64,000 bases of DNA from Candidatus Poribacteria bacterium (GTDB taxonomy: Bacteria; Poribacteria; WGA-4E; WGA-3G). Under the pieces are notes generated by a model, which saw nothing but the letters and a program-made list of their open reading frames with translations, ran no database searches and was not told where the DNA came from. This document shows positions 18,949 to 29,460 of this stretch, piece after piece. Both the position numbers and the translations under genes were made by a program. Numbering within the stretch: the first letter of the stretch is position 1; each line of letters begins with the position of its first letter. The DNA lies in contig OZ243938.1 in the NCBI GenBank assembly GCA_965214095.1, forward strand, positions 4,288,001-4,352,000. The letters are read 5' to 3'.

Positions 18949-18981
18949 ATAGGGCGGGTTTTAGACTCGTCCTATTTTTTT
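18949..18981 (+). terminator. Intrinsic terminator between the convergent S55 operon and bioA
   Basis: ATAGGGCGGG..CTCGTCCTAT stem followed by a T-run. Confidence 0.6.
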
Positions 18982-20330
18982 GTGACAGCATCAATAGCAC
19001 GGTAGGTAATGTCAAGCAAGGAATTCAACTCTGGAATAGATATATTTAGAGGTGGCATCAAGACGATGGTATTGACAAGAGGTCTGAGAATTGCCCCTTC
19101 AGTAAGTGCTGCTTTGCATACGTTAATACCCATTTTCTCTTCAAAAGTATAAGGAATTGCGTTGTTGGGATCATCCATTATTTCTATGCCTGCAGCCATA
19201 CCGCAAACACGTACATCACCCACATGTGGTAACTTGTAGAACGCCAGCAGACGGTTCCTAAAATGTCTGATTGTTACTTGCAGTCGGTCAAGTAGACGTT
19301 CTCTTTCAAATATCGCTATGTTTTCTAATGCCACTGCACATGCTAACGGATTCCCAGTAAACGTATGACCGTGGAAAAATGTCTTGAGCTCGCTGTATTC
19401 TCCAAGGAAGGCGTTATAGATTTCATCAGTAGTTATCGTTGCTGCAAGTGGCAAATAACCAGCTGCCAATCCTTTCGCTGAACATAAAATGTCTGGTGTA
19501 ACGTTTTCATGTTCACATGCCCACATCTTTCCGGTGCGCCCAAATCCCGTCATCACTTCATCAACAATCAGAAGTGTTTCTCTCCTTTTTGCCAATTCCG
19601 AGAGTTCTTTCAGAAAACCCTTCGGTGAAAGAATCATGCCACCCGCACCTTGTATCAAAGGTTCTAATATGATACCTGCGATTTCTCCTGAGTGATCAGA
19701 AATGGCACGATCCACCGCATTCAACCAACGGGTTTTCGTTATATCTGTAGTAGATTTTGATGGATGATTAGTTTCGGAGTCAGATACACGGATACTTTTG
19801 AAAAGGAGAGAATTATAGGTATGATGAAAACTCTCAATCCCACCGACACTCATAGCACCGACAGTGTCTCCGTGATAGGCTTTATCAAAGTGAATAAAGA
19901 GTTTTCGTTGTGGTTGTCCTTTATGCTGCCAATACTGAAACGCCATCTTCAGCGCGATTTCTACTGCTGTTGAGCCGTTGTCAGAGTAAAAAACTTTGTT
20001 CAGACCAACTGGGGTGATCTCCACAAGTTTCTGTGCAAGTTGAATAGCAGGGATATTACTGTAACCAAGCAGTGTTGAATGGGATATCTTATCTAACTGA
20101 TTCCTAAGTGCAGCATTGAGAGCGGGATGATTATGTCCGTGGACGTTTGTCCACATAGACGCAATTCCATCAATATACCGATTGCCCTCAACATCAAACA
20201 GATAAACACCATCACCACGTTCAATAATAACGGGTTCCTCTGCCAACCAATCATGCATCTGTGTGAAAGGATGCCAGAGATAATCTTTGTCCCAAGCGAT
20301 TAACGTCTCTCTATCCCTTAAGTTTTGCAT
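18972..20330 (-). CDS. bioA: Adenosylmethionine--8-amino-7-oxononanoate transaminase
   Basis: LWHPFTQM, SDNGSTAVEIALKMA, YHGDT, DEVMTGFGRTG and FFHGHTFTGNPL motifs. Confidence 0.95.
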   Translation of the reverse strand: MQNLRDRETLIAWDKDYLWHPFTQMHDWLAEEPVIIERGDGVYLFDVEGNRYIDGIASMWTNVHGHNHPALNAALRNQLDKISHSTLLGYSNIPAIQLAQKLVEITPVGLNKVFYSDNGSTAVEIALKMAFQYWQHKGQPQRKLFIHFDKAYHGDTVGAMSVGGIESFHHTYNSLLFKSIRVSDSETNHPSKSTTDITKTRWLNAVDRAISDHSGEIAGIILEPLIQGAGGMILSPKGFLKELSELAKRRETLLIVDEVMTGFGRTGKMWACEHENVTPDILCSAKGLAAGYLPLAATITTDEIYNAFLGEYSELKTFFHGHTFTGNPLACAVALENIAIFERERLLDRLQVTIRHFRNRLLAFYKLPHVGDVRVCGMAAGIEIMDDPNNAIPYTFEEKMGINVCKAALTEGAILRPLVNTIVLMPPLNISIPELNSLLDITYRAIDAVTKK

Positions 20331-21603
20331 AGTGAACAGGCTGTTCTAACGCGAGTTCTTCATACGTGCCTTGCTTCGGCACGATAATCTCAAGCATCCT
20401 ATTTTGGTACTTTGAGTAGAAATCCTCAGGCTGTCCTGGGATAGTAAAGATATTTCTGAAACCGTCTGGAAACGAACTGGTACGACCAACGACCTTTTCA
20501 AACCGCGGATCAGCAAATTGCTTGGGGTTTTTTATATCTCTTGGAAGTTGTGTTTGAACAGTCACAACACTTTCTTGAGTAGGCGATGTTTCTGGGGCAT
20601 AAGGGGAACTTAGATAGACTTCATAAGCGTAGTCCGGCATTCTGTCCGGTAACTCAAAGGTCTCTTTAACTGAGGAATTCGGCACCCAACGAGGAAACTC
20701 AATCTCAATACGATAATGATCAGCAAGTTCGGATACACGATTGACCATGCCGTAGCGACGGTAACGTTCTGTGATATCGTCAGAGAATATTGTGCCCTCA
20801 GTTTGAACAGCACCGGGCATTGTTGTTCTCGGCTCTGCAGGTACTTTTACCAAAGCAGAGCGCAGTCCTTTGAGGAGTGGCGTAGCAATGAGCGAAGGGA
20901 ACCATCCGTAAAATGAAGCACCGTAACGTGCTTGTTCAGCATCAGGTGTCGTTGTGAGTTCATCTCTAAAACGAAAAACACCTTCAGCGATGGCTATCAC
21001 TATTCCCAAAAAGAGCATGAGGTTGCCTTGTGAAGAGAAAAGTCCGAAACCGCCTTGCTGCATCCCGATGAAAAAGAGTATAAGCGGATAAAGAATCAAA
21101 TTGATCAAACTGTTGATGCCAGTTGAAATAGCACTACTGAAAACCCATGGATTCCCTGCCATGCCCTCTAACTCCGTCTTAAATCTTGCAGAGAAAGCAC
21201 CGAGCAGCGGTTGTCCGAGCATAGTAATGAAGGCGAAAGGTTGACGTAAAGACGACCCAACAGTATCTGGCAGCTGCACAAATTCTTCAGGGACTCCCTG
21301 TTCTTTCCCTCTCGACTTACCTGCTTCATCAGAATCTCCATCAGCTTTTTCTGGATATTCAAATGTTTCAAAGAATTTACTATTAATATCAATGTATGAT
21401 TCCCACTGACTTGGAACATCGCTTTGCTGATAAATCGCTTCAACGGGACATTCGTCAACACACGCAGCACAGTCTATGCACACGTCAGGGTCAATATAGA
21501 GTTGATTTTCACCGTCAACCGTATGTATACAATCCACAGGACACACAACAACACACGCGGTATCCTTCACATCTACACAAGGTTCACAAATTATATACGC
21601 CAA
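20311..21603 (-). CDS. Ferredoxin (7Fe/8Fe type) fused to a membrane domain and a C-terminal Hsp20-like domain
   Basis: The N-terminus has CEPCVDVKDTACVVVCPVDC...YIDPDVCIDCAACVDECPVEAI, followed by central hydrophobic helices. The C-terminus reads VSELADHYRIEIEFP...FRNIFTIP...YQNRMLEIIVPK. Confidence 0.75.
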   Translation of the reverse strand: MAYIICEPCVDVKDTACVVVCPVDCIHTVDGENQLYIDPDVCIDCAACVDECPVEAIYQQSDVPSQWESYIDINSKFFETFEYPEKADGDSDEAGKSRGKEQGVPEEFVQLPDTVGSSLRQPFAFITMLGQPLLGAFSARFKTELEGMAGNPWVFSSAISTGINSLINLILYPLILFFIGMQQGGFGLFSSQGNLMLFLGIVIAIAEGVFRFRDELTTTPDAEQARYGASFYGWFPSLIATPLLKGLRSALVKVPAEPRTTMPGAVQTEGTIFSDDITERYRRYGMVNRVSELADHYRIEIEFPRWVPNSSVKETFELPDRMPDYAYEVYLSSPYAPETSPTQESVVTVQTQLPRDIKNPKQFADPRFEKVVGRTSSFPDGFRNIFTIPGQPEDFYSKYQNRMLEIIVPKQGTYEELALEQPVHYAKLKG

Positions 21604-21843
21604 TTCTATCTTCCTCCTTTATAGGATACAACAATTATACCACATTAACTTGTAGATAGCAAGTTGAAAAATAGGCAGAACAAAGTTCGGAATTCGCTTC
21701 TACTACGATATTGTGAAACAACTTACACAATAATACTTGAATAACATTTTGAAATTGTGATAAAATTCATTGCAGTAGAAATCTTACATCTACTTCTTCT
21801 CATATTTAATACTTTCCTGATACATGGAGGCATCATAACCAAT

Positions 21844-24459
21844 ATGAAGAAACCTGTATCCTTACTCACATTTATATTAATCACAATACAATTACAAGTT
21901 TTCGGCAGTGGTCCCAGTCCACCTCCACGTGCATTGCCTGATGGTGCAATAAAGCGTATCGGACAAGGACACGGTACCGATTTCGCTTTTTCACCAGATG
22001 GCAATAACATCGCTATTGCCTGCTCAAATATAGGAATTTGGATTCATGATGTGCACACGGGGTTGGAAGTTGAGTTGCTTACAGGACATACGGATGCGGT
22101 TACTTCTGTTGTGTATTCTCCTGATGGTTCAATACTGGCGAGTGGGAGTTACGATAAGACAGTTCGATTGTGGGACACCGACACTTATGAACTACGCGCG
22201 ACGCTTACTGGACATACGGGGGATACCAAAGCATTAGCATTTTCACCTGATGGTAAAACGCTTGCAACAGGGGCAAGTAGAAGCAGCGAAATACGTCAAG
22301 TTAGACCATTTGTGCAAGAAGAAAAGGTAATAGAAGTAATTGATAGTACTATTCGGTTGTGGGACGTTTCTACAGGGAAATACAAGATGACACTAAAAGG
22401 ACATTCAGGATGGATTTCTGATCTGACATTTTCTTCCGATGGTTCAACACTTGCAAGTGCAAGTACAGATCGCACAGTCCGATTATGGGACGGGGGCACT
22501 GGAAAACATAAAAACACTCTCAAAGGACACACCCAAAATGTGGCTTTAGTATTGTTTTCACCAGAAAATAAACGACTCGTAAGTTGGGGGAACGATGCAA
22601 CTGCACGATTGTGGGATACGGATACCGGTAAACAGATAGCACTAATTAGCGACATTCATTATAGATCAGTTATACTTTCACCAGATGGCAGAACCTTAGT
22701 CTGTGGACAAGGTAAAGACAACGGTACAATTCGTTTGTGGGATGCTCAGACTGGAAAACAGAAAGCAGAACTTAACGCACAACTCGGAACAGTCTTCTCA
22801 GTTGCGTTTTCTCATGATGGTTCAAAACTTGTAACCACTGAAGACTGGCAAAATAAGACAATTCGGTCATGGGATTTAAACAGTAACGACTTTCAGACGA
22901 CATTGAAGGGAGATCCACATCTGATACACTCTCCACAGAGACCACATCCAGTCCAAGTTGTTGGGAGATCTGGATGGAATGCACGACTTGAGTACTCTCC
23001 AGATGGAAACACGCTTGCTAGTTGGAGCTTTGATGAAATACGGCTATGGGACGCACAATCAGGAGAGCAGAAAGCAAAGATGTCTTATCCACGGCAGCGC
23101 GAACATCGGTATAGCAAACCTTTTGTCGTCCATTCTTCTGATGGCAATACACTTGTCTGCGGAAACGGAACAACAAAAATATGGATCTTTGATACCGAAA
23201 CTTACAAATTTCGGACCACACTTAATGGACATACAGCACCCATAATTACAGTCGCACTTTCACCGGATGGAACAATGTTTGCAAGTGCAAGTAAAGGTCA
23301 TGCAATAAGACTCTGGGATATTCAGACAGGTAAGCAGCGCGCAACACTTAACGGACATGTGGATGTAATTCACAAGTTAACTTTCTCACCGGATAGAACA
23401 ATGCTGGCAAGTAGTGGTTCGGATAAAACAGTGTATATATGGGATGTCCAAAGTGGTGATGTACTAAGAAGACTGGTAGGACATACAGATGCAGTCAATA
23501 AATTAGTGTTCTCACCTGATGGAGAATCACTTGCAAGTGGGAGTAAAGAGGTTATAGTATGGAATACAATGACAGGAAGAAAAAGGTATGCTGTTGAAGG
23601 TCCCGCATCTATAGCGTTTTCAAAAGATGGGAAAACACTTGTCACTGGAGATGAGTGGGAGATTCACCTATGGGATGCCCTCACAGGAAAACACAAGAAA
23701 ACACTCTCAGGACATCTGGATAAGAGTTGGAGATTAGCATTTTCTCCAGATGGCAAAAATCTCATTAGTAGCGGTGAAACGGTACAGTTGTGGGATGCAA
23801 ACACCGGAAAGAACCTCTCTACCCTCTCTGAAAAATTCGGTATAGGGACATTAGCGTTTTCTGCAGATGGGGTAATTCTCGCTGGAACAAGTGGAGGCAC
23901 AATTGAATTCTGGGATATACCTTTGCATCAACATATAGCTACCCGTAGTGGTCATAGCGAATCTGTCTCGTCATTAGATATTTCACCGAAGGACAGAACT
24001 ATAGCCTCCGCCAGTTATGATGGCACTATTGTTTTATGGCATCCTGTGCATACAAAGGATCAATTTACTCTTACGAAAATCACTCCTTCGTCAAACTCAC
24101 CTAATGTGGGAGATCAATTGACATTCAGTATTGAGATTACAGGAGCAGAAAACGTCGCCGGATACCAGTTAAGTGTGCAGTATGATGATACCACACTAAA
24201 ATATATCTCTTGTGATAATGGAGACTTTCTTCCCGATAACGCTTTCTTTATCCAACCAATACTCCAGAATAATCAGTTGACACTTGCCGCAACTGCACTC
24301 ACAGGAACAGGAAATGGTGACGGAGCACTCGCTACCGTAACATTTGAAGTATTGGATGCTAATCTATTATCCTTGAATATAATAGATTTAATTCTATCTG
24401 ACAAAGACGGTAAGCGAATACGTGCCACAATAAAAAATGAAGAGGAGACTACAGAATGA
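21844..24459 (+). CDS. Secreted WD40-repeat protein with a C-terminal cohesin domain
   Basis: Signal peptide and many GH..V..L.FSPDG..LASGS.D.TVRLWD repeats. The C-terminal cohesin reads VGDQLTFSIEI...GYQLSVQYD...GDGALATVTFEV. The start follows a GGAGG SD. Confidence 0.88.
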   Translation: MKKPVSLLTFILITIQLQVFGSGPSPPPRALPDGAIKRIGQGHGTDFAFSPDGNNIAIACSNIGIWIHDVHTGLEVELLTGHTDAVTSVVYSPDGSILASGSYDKTVRLWDTDTYELRATLTGHTGDTKALAFSPDGKTLATGASRSSEIRQVRPFVQEEKVIEVIDSTIRLWDVSTGKYKMTLKGHSGWISDLTFSSDGSTLASASTDRTVRLWDGGTGKHKNTLKGHTQNVALVLFSPENKRLVSWGNDATARLWDTDTGKQIALISDIHYRSVILSPDGRTLVCGQGKDNGTIRLWDAQTGKQKAELNAQLGTVFSVAFSHDGSKLVTTEDWQNKTIRSWDLNSNDFQTTLKGDPHLIHSPQRPHPVQVVGRSGWNARLEYSPDGNTLASWSFDEIRLWDAQSGEQKAKMSYPRQREHRYSKPFVVHSSDGNTLVCGNGTTKIWIFDTETYKFRTTLNGHTAPIITVALSPDGTMFASASKGHAIRLWDIQTGKQRATLNGHVDVIHKLTFSPDRTMLASSGSDKTVYIWDVQSGDVLRRLVGHTDAVNKLVFSPDGESLASGSKEVIVWNTMTGRKRYAVEGPASIAFSKDGKTLVTGDEWEIHLWDALTGKHKKTLSGHLDKSWRLAFSPDGKNLISSGETVQLWDANTGKNLSTLSEKFGIGTLAFSADGVILAGTSGGTIEFWDIPLHQHIATRSGHSESVSSLDISPKDRTIASASYDGTIVLWHPVHTKDQFTLTKITPSSNSPNVGDQLTFSIEITGAENVAGYQLSVQYDDTTLKYISCDNGDFLPDNAFFIQPILQNNQLTLAATALTGTGNGDGALATVTFEVLDANLLSLNIIDLILSDKDGKRIRATIKNEEETTE

Positions 24460-27400
24460 AACCCATGAGAATTCTTGTCATAACCTTTCTGGCACTTATG
24501 GCACTGATACCAATCGTTGGTGCTGAAGATGTTTCTCAATGGTCACTGCCTGAAAATGCTATAGCACGTTTCGGTAAAGGGGTGATATCCGATTTGGCGT
24601 ATTCACCTGATGGTAAGCTGCTTGCAGTATCCACTTATATTGGCATGTGGCTGTTTGATGCAAATAGTGGCAAAGAACTCGCGCTGCTTACTGGGTATTC
24701 GAATGAAGATTTCAAAAGGTTTTCTGGCAATGCGTCACACTATTCCACCCTATCATTCTCACCAGATGGAAAATTACTTACCAGTCCCAGTTGGGATGGC
24801 AAAGTCCGTGTATGGGATGTCCCAACTCGCAAACTTATTGCCACAATCAAGGGGCATCACCGTTCTGCCCTATTTTCTCCAGATGGAAAAACATTAGCAA
24901 TTGATAAAAAACTTTGGGATACACACACTTTCAAAGAAATAAAATTCCTTACAGAAGATCCGACATCAATGCGTGCCCTTGCATTTTCTCCTGATGGGAC
25001 AACACTCATTACCAGTACTGTCAGAGATTCTATTATATTGTGGAATCTAAGAACTGGTGAAAACAAAAGCATTCCTATAGGACATACATCTTACCTCAAT
25101 ACGCTTGGGTTTTCACCAGATGGAGAGATAATTGTGTGCCGTGGGAATAAAGGCAATACTGTAGCTTTGTGGAATACTGCGACTGGGAAACAGATAACCG
25201 ATCTTTCTGGTAATAAGAATGTTGTTAACTCCGTTGCCTATTCTCCTGATGGCGAGACAATTGCCAGTTCTTGTTCTGAAATGATCTGTATATGGGATGC
25301 AAAAACTAAACAACAGATAACGACTTTGCCAAGAAACGGCACGCGATTCAATGAAGTTGAATACACACCTGACGGAAAAACACTTGCAGTTGTAAGGACT
25401 AATGGTGAGATCCAATTGTTTGATGTAAAAACTGGGCAGCTAATACACACCTTAATACAACCACAAACTATATTTACCATGTTACCCTCTCCTGATGGAA
25501 AAATGATTGCTACTGGTGCATTAAGCGATATTATACTATGGGATCTCCACACCAGAAAACCGAAAACTTATCTCATCGGAGACACCGATTTCACCACCCC
25601 CGCACTCTTTTCTCAAAATGGAAAAAACCTGATAGGTATCAGTAGGAGTGAAGATCAAACAAAATTGGATTCATGGGATATTTCAACAGAAAAACGTCAA
25701 GAAACTTTCTCACAGAATGTAAAAGATGTATCCTCAAGTGAACTTTCGACAGATGGTAAGACCTTAGCAATCAATCTCAGAGAAAAGGGAATACAGTTGT
25801 GGGATATAACCACAGGTAAACTTAAGAAAACCCTCTCAACACAGACAGGTGAGTTTGGTACTATGGTATTCTCTCCAGATAATAACCATTTTGTTACAAG
25901 AGATAACCAAAGTACAATTGAACTGTGGGATGCAGTCACTGGAGAACATAAAGTAGTCCTAACCCAACATAGTGGTGGCACAAAAGAATTAGTTTACTCA
26001 AAAGATGGGAAAATGCTTGCTAGTTGTACCGACCACGAGGCACGTTTATGGGATATGCAAACAGAATCTCAACTCCCTACTACTTTCAGCACATCTGGAC
26101 TCATGCCGGGATTTAACGCATTAGCATTATCACCAGATGGAGCCATCCTTGCAAGTGGCAGTTATGATGCAAAAATCCGTATATGGAATACAAAAACTGG
26201 ACGACTCATGGATACTCTCATTGGACATACTGGTGTTATTGAGGAGTTAGTTTTTTTACCGCAGCAGATAAACGAATTAAAAGAAAATAATGAAATCAAC
26301 ATTTCAATACCAAGAGGAACAACCTTAGCAAGTAGAAGTAGAGACGGCACCGTTCTGTTATGGGAGATTAGACCTTATGTTGGAACAGAAGCATCTGTAA
26401 GAGTAATTCCAGACATTATAGAATCCCCAAGTGTCGGTAGGGAGGTGACGGTTAATTTGGATATTGAAGGTGGAGAAAAGGTCAGTGGTTTTCAACTGAC
26501 ACTGGATTATGACCCTGTAGCATTCCAATATGTCTCAAGTAAAAGAGGCACTTTTCTTGCAAATGAAGCGACCTTTGATGTCTCAATAGAACCGTCTTGG
26601 AAAAGTGCTCCAAATCGTGTTAAGCTTGTAAGTTCGTCTTCACCTGATGCTGCAATGAACGGCAATGGAACCCTTGCAAGTGTTACATTTGAAGTTATTG
26701 ACCAGAAAGCATCAACCTTAAGTCTGCCGAGAGCACGTCTTGAAAATCAGGATGGAAGTGTTTCACGTCCTATAGTATTTAGCAGTTCTGTTAGCAAACC
26801 AGCAATAATGAAGGATATCTCTTTAGATACTATGCAATTGGCGTTGCCTGAAGGTGTGAAAGCACGTTTAGGCAGAGGCACAATATATGATATAAAGTTC
26901 TCACCTGATAACACACAACTCGCAGTAGCGAGTTCAATTGGAATTTGGATTTATGACATTAACAATGACGAAGCACAATCACTATTTGCCGATAACGCTG
27001 CCGGTGCTATTAAAATCGCATTCTCACCTGATGGTAAATTTATAGCGAGTAGTTGTTCTGATCGCAGAGTCCGTGTGTGGAATCTAATAAACGGGCAGCT
27101 ACTAAGAGCTTTTGACATCGATCATAGATATAGTAATAACAATGCAATAGCGTTTTCTTCAGATGGACGTACCCTTGCAAATGGAACAACGTTATGGGAT
27201 ATTCATACGGGACAACATAAAAATACCCTAAAGTGGCACCATTCTGATCGCGTACAAGCGATGACTTTTTCACCTGACGGTAAAATGATTGCAACTACGA
27301 CTCGGCGAAGCAATGTTCGATTATGGGATGCTGCTTCTGGACAAGAAATTGCTAAACTGCATGAAGGTGGAGAATATACCTCTCAAAACCACCAAGTAGT

Positions 27401-29267
27401 ATTTTCACCAGACGGAACTAAGTTGAGTGCAATTGTATCACCACGTAACCGACAGAACGGTTCAGTTATGCTATGGAATACACAAACACATGAATTGGAA
27501 AAAACCGTTATTGAGAAGAAATACTCCTTTCTATTTGTGTCTATAGATTTTTCTAACGAAGGTAACCCAATCGCTGTAGTTGGAGAACGGAAAAAACTCT
27601 ATATCAGGAATCTTGATACTGATGAAAACATCGCAATGCTTGAAGGACATGATGAGATCGTCCATATAGCAGCATTTTCACCAGATAAATCTATGCTTGC
27701 GAGTGCAGGAAGTAGCGGGGCAATCCGCTTGTGGGATGTAGAAACTGGTAGACTCCACTCAATATTTTCTGGGTATACGAATGCTATTTTTTCAGTGGCG
27801 ATGATGTCTAACGGTACAACCCTCGTTACTGCAAACCGTGATCAACCGTTGCAGTTGTGGGATAGCCTGACGTTAAAAAATATAGGGACAATTCAGGGAG
27901 CAAGAGATCCTTATGCTGCATCAGCTGTGACGTTTTCACCCGACGAGACGATCCTTGCAGGTGGTGCCTATGATGATGTGGTGTTATGGGATGCAAATAG
28001 TCTACAAAAAACTGTTACTTTGAAAGGACATAAAGGGCAAATAAGAACTCTTGCTTTTTCTCCTGATGGACAGACACTCGCAGCATTTAGCATGTATGAT
28101 AAGACTATTCAATTGTGGAATGTGTCTACCGGAGAAGAAAAATTCAAACTTAATGGGCATGCGGAAAAGATTTATTCTTTGGCGTTTTCTCAAGATGGCA
28201 CACTAATCGTCACTGCTGAAACTTTGTCGCAAGACGACCAAGCAATCCGACTCTGGGATGCTAAGACTGGTGAGAATATTACTACATTCGCAAATTTGAT
28301 TCGCGCGAACATAAATATGAGATTACCTGTCCTGGCTGTTGCATTTTCACCTGATGGAAAGACTGTTGCCAGTATAGATTTCAGTGCCGACATTCAATTG
28401 TGGAATGCGGAAACAAAAAAACACAGAACTACACTGAAAGCGGATTTAGAAAACATTCACGGTCATTACAGTGAGTATTCTGCAATAGCGTTTTCACCAG
28501 ATGGGACAACCTTGGTAAGTAGTGGACCTCGCGCTACCATTAATGTTTGGGACATTGAAACCGGAAAACATCAAAAAGTGTTGAAGGGACATACAGGTCA
28601 GGTCACATCTCTTGAATATTCAACGGATGGTACGACACTTGTAAGTGGAAGCATAGATGGCACCGTGCTTTTATGGGAAATGAGTGCATCCCCTGTCACA
28701 CGTCTGGACATCACACCGAATACTGTCCAATCTCCCCCTATTGGTCAACAACTCACATTTAACATTGATATTGCAGATGGACAGAATGTTAACGGTTATC
28801 AATTTACAATAAACTATAATGCATCTGCACTACGTTACATCTCAAAATCCGAAATTCAGATCAACAATACAATTCCTCTTGAAATTGCGGAAAATACCAT
28901 TACACTTGCAGGAAATGCAACACAGGGTAGAATCATAACAGATGGCACAATCACCTCCGTAACATTTGAAGTTATTAAACGCATAGACACAACCTTAACG
29001 ATAACGGATGCACACCTTACTCACAGTGATGGCAGCCGTTCAATTCCAGTAGTTGGTCAAGCAAAGGTAATTGAACCACCGCGTATCCCGGAAGATGTTA
29101 ACCTTGATTGGCAATTAGATGTTGCAGACCTTGAATTTGTATCAAAACGTCTTGGACAAAAAGGAAAGGACAATCCTGCTGATGTTAACAAAGATGGAAT
29201 TGTGGATATAGCAGATCTTGTCTTAATCAGAAATGCATTATATGGACCTGAATCTGAAACAGAATGA
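24456..29267 (+). CDS. Secreted protein: (WD40 repeats-cohesin) x2 plus C-terminal dockerin
   Basis: Two WD40 blocks, each opened by an LPE.(A/V).AR.G.G motif and closed by a cohesin-like domain. The dockerin EF-hand-like pair is EDVNLDWQLDVADL / ADVNKDGIVDIADL. The start overlaps the upstream stop (ATGA). Confidence 0.88.
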   Translation: MKPMRILVITFLALMALIPIVGAEDVSQWSLPENAIARFGKGVISDLAYSPDGKLLAVSTYIGMWLFDANSGKELALLTGYSNEDFKRFSGNASHYSTLSFSPDGKLLTSPSWDGKVRVWDVPTRKLIATIKGHHRSALFSPDGKTLAIDKKLWDTHTFKEIKFLTEDPTSMRALAFSPDGTTLITSTVRDSIILWNLRTGENKSIPIGHTSYLNTLGFSPDGEIIVCRGNKGNTVALWNTATGKQITDLSGNKNVVNSVAYSPDGETIASSCSEMICIWDAKTKQQITTLPRNGTRFNEVEYTPDGKTLAVVRTNGEIQLFDVKTGQLIHTLIQPQTIFTMLPSPDGKMIATGALSDIILWDLHTRKPKTYLIGDTDFTTPALFSQNGKNLIGISRSEDQTKLDSWDISTEKRQETFSQNVKDVSSSELSTDGKTLAINLREKGIQLWDITTGKLKKTLSTQTGEFGTMVFSPDNNHFVTRDNQSTIELWDAVTGEHKVVLTQHSGGTKELVYSKDGKMLASCTDHEARLWDMQTESQLPTTFSTSGLMPGFNALALSPDGAILASGSYDAKIRIWNTKTGRLMDTLIGHTGVIEELVFLPQQINELKENNEINISIPRGTTLASRSRDGTVLLWEIRPYVGTEASVRVIPDIIESPSVGREVTVNLDIEGGEKVSGFQLTLDYDPVAFQYVSSKRGTFLANEATFDVSIEPSWKSAPNRVKLVSSSSPDAAMNGNGTLASVTFEVIDQKASTLSLPRARLENQDGSVSRPIVFSSSVSKPAIMKDISLDTMQLALPEGVKARLGRGTIYDIKFSPDNTQLAVASSIGIWIYDINNDEAQSLFADNAAGAIKIAFSPDGKFIASSCSDRRVRVWNLINGQLLRAFDIDHRYSNNNAIAFSSDGRTLANGTTLWDIHTGQHKNTLKWHHSDRVQAMTFSPDGKMIATTTRRSNVRLWDAASGQEIAKLHEGGEYTSQNHQVVFSPDGTKLSAIVSPRNRQNGSVMLWNTQTHELEKTVIEKKYSFLFVSIDFSNEGNPIAVVGERKKLYIRNLDTDENIAMLEGHDEIVHIAAFSPDKSMLASAGSSGAIRLWDVETGRLHSIFSGYTNAIFSVAMMSNGTTLVTANRDQPLQLWDSLTLKNIGTIQGARDPYAASAVTFSPDETILAGGAYDDVVLWDANSLQKTVTLKGHKGQIRTLAFSPDGQTLAAFSMYDKTIQLWNVSTGEEKFKLNGHAEKIYSLAFSQDGTLIVTAETLSQDDQAIRLWDAKTGENITTFANLIRANINMRLPVLAVAFSPDGKTVASIDFSADIQLWNAETKKHRTTLKADLENIHGHYSEYSAIAFSPDGTTLVSSGPRATINVWDIETGKHQKVLKGHTGQVTSLEYSTDGTTLVSGSIDGTVLLWEMSASPVTRLDITPNTVQSPPIGQQLTFNIDIADGQNVNGYQFTINYNASALRYISKSEIQINNTIPLEIAENTITLAGNATQGRIITDGTITSVTFEVIKRIDTTLTITDAHLTHSDGSRSIPVVGQAKVIEPPRIPEDVNLDWQLDVADLEFVSKRLGQKGKDNPADVNKDGIVDIADLVLIRNALYGPESETE

Positions 29268-29460
29268 TATTCTTATCCTATCAAGGTTATTTTCAAATGA
29301 AACCCAAAAGTGTACATTTTAGAACATTGGATGTACTTTTCTGTGCAGCTCTTCAGCTTATGTATGCTAATACACATCTAAACAGTGATATCTATTGGCA
29401 TATAAATTGCTGACATGCAGGTATAGTCGTATGTAAAATGGTATTCGGAGGATAAGAACT

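Noticed and set aside
21672-21706. Additional degenerate GTAG hairpin upstream of the ferredoxin fusion
   Set aside because: The pairing is weak and there is no second copy in the window.
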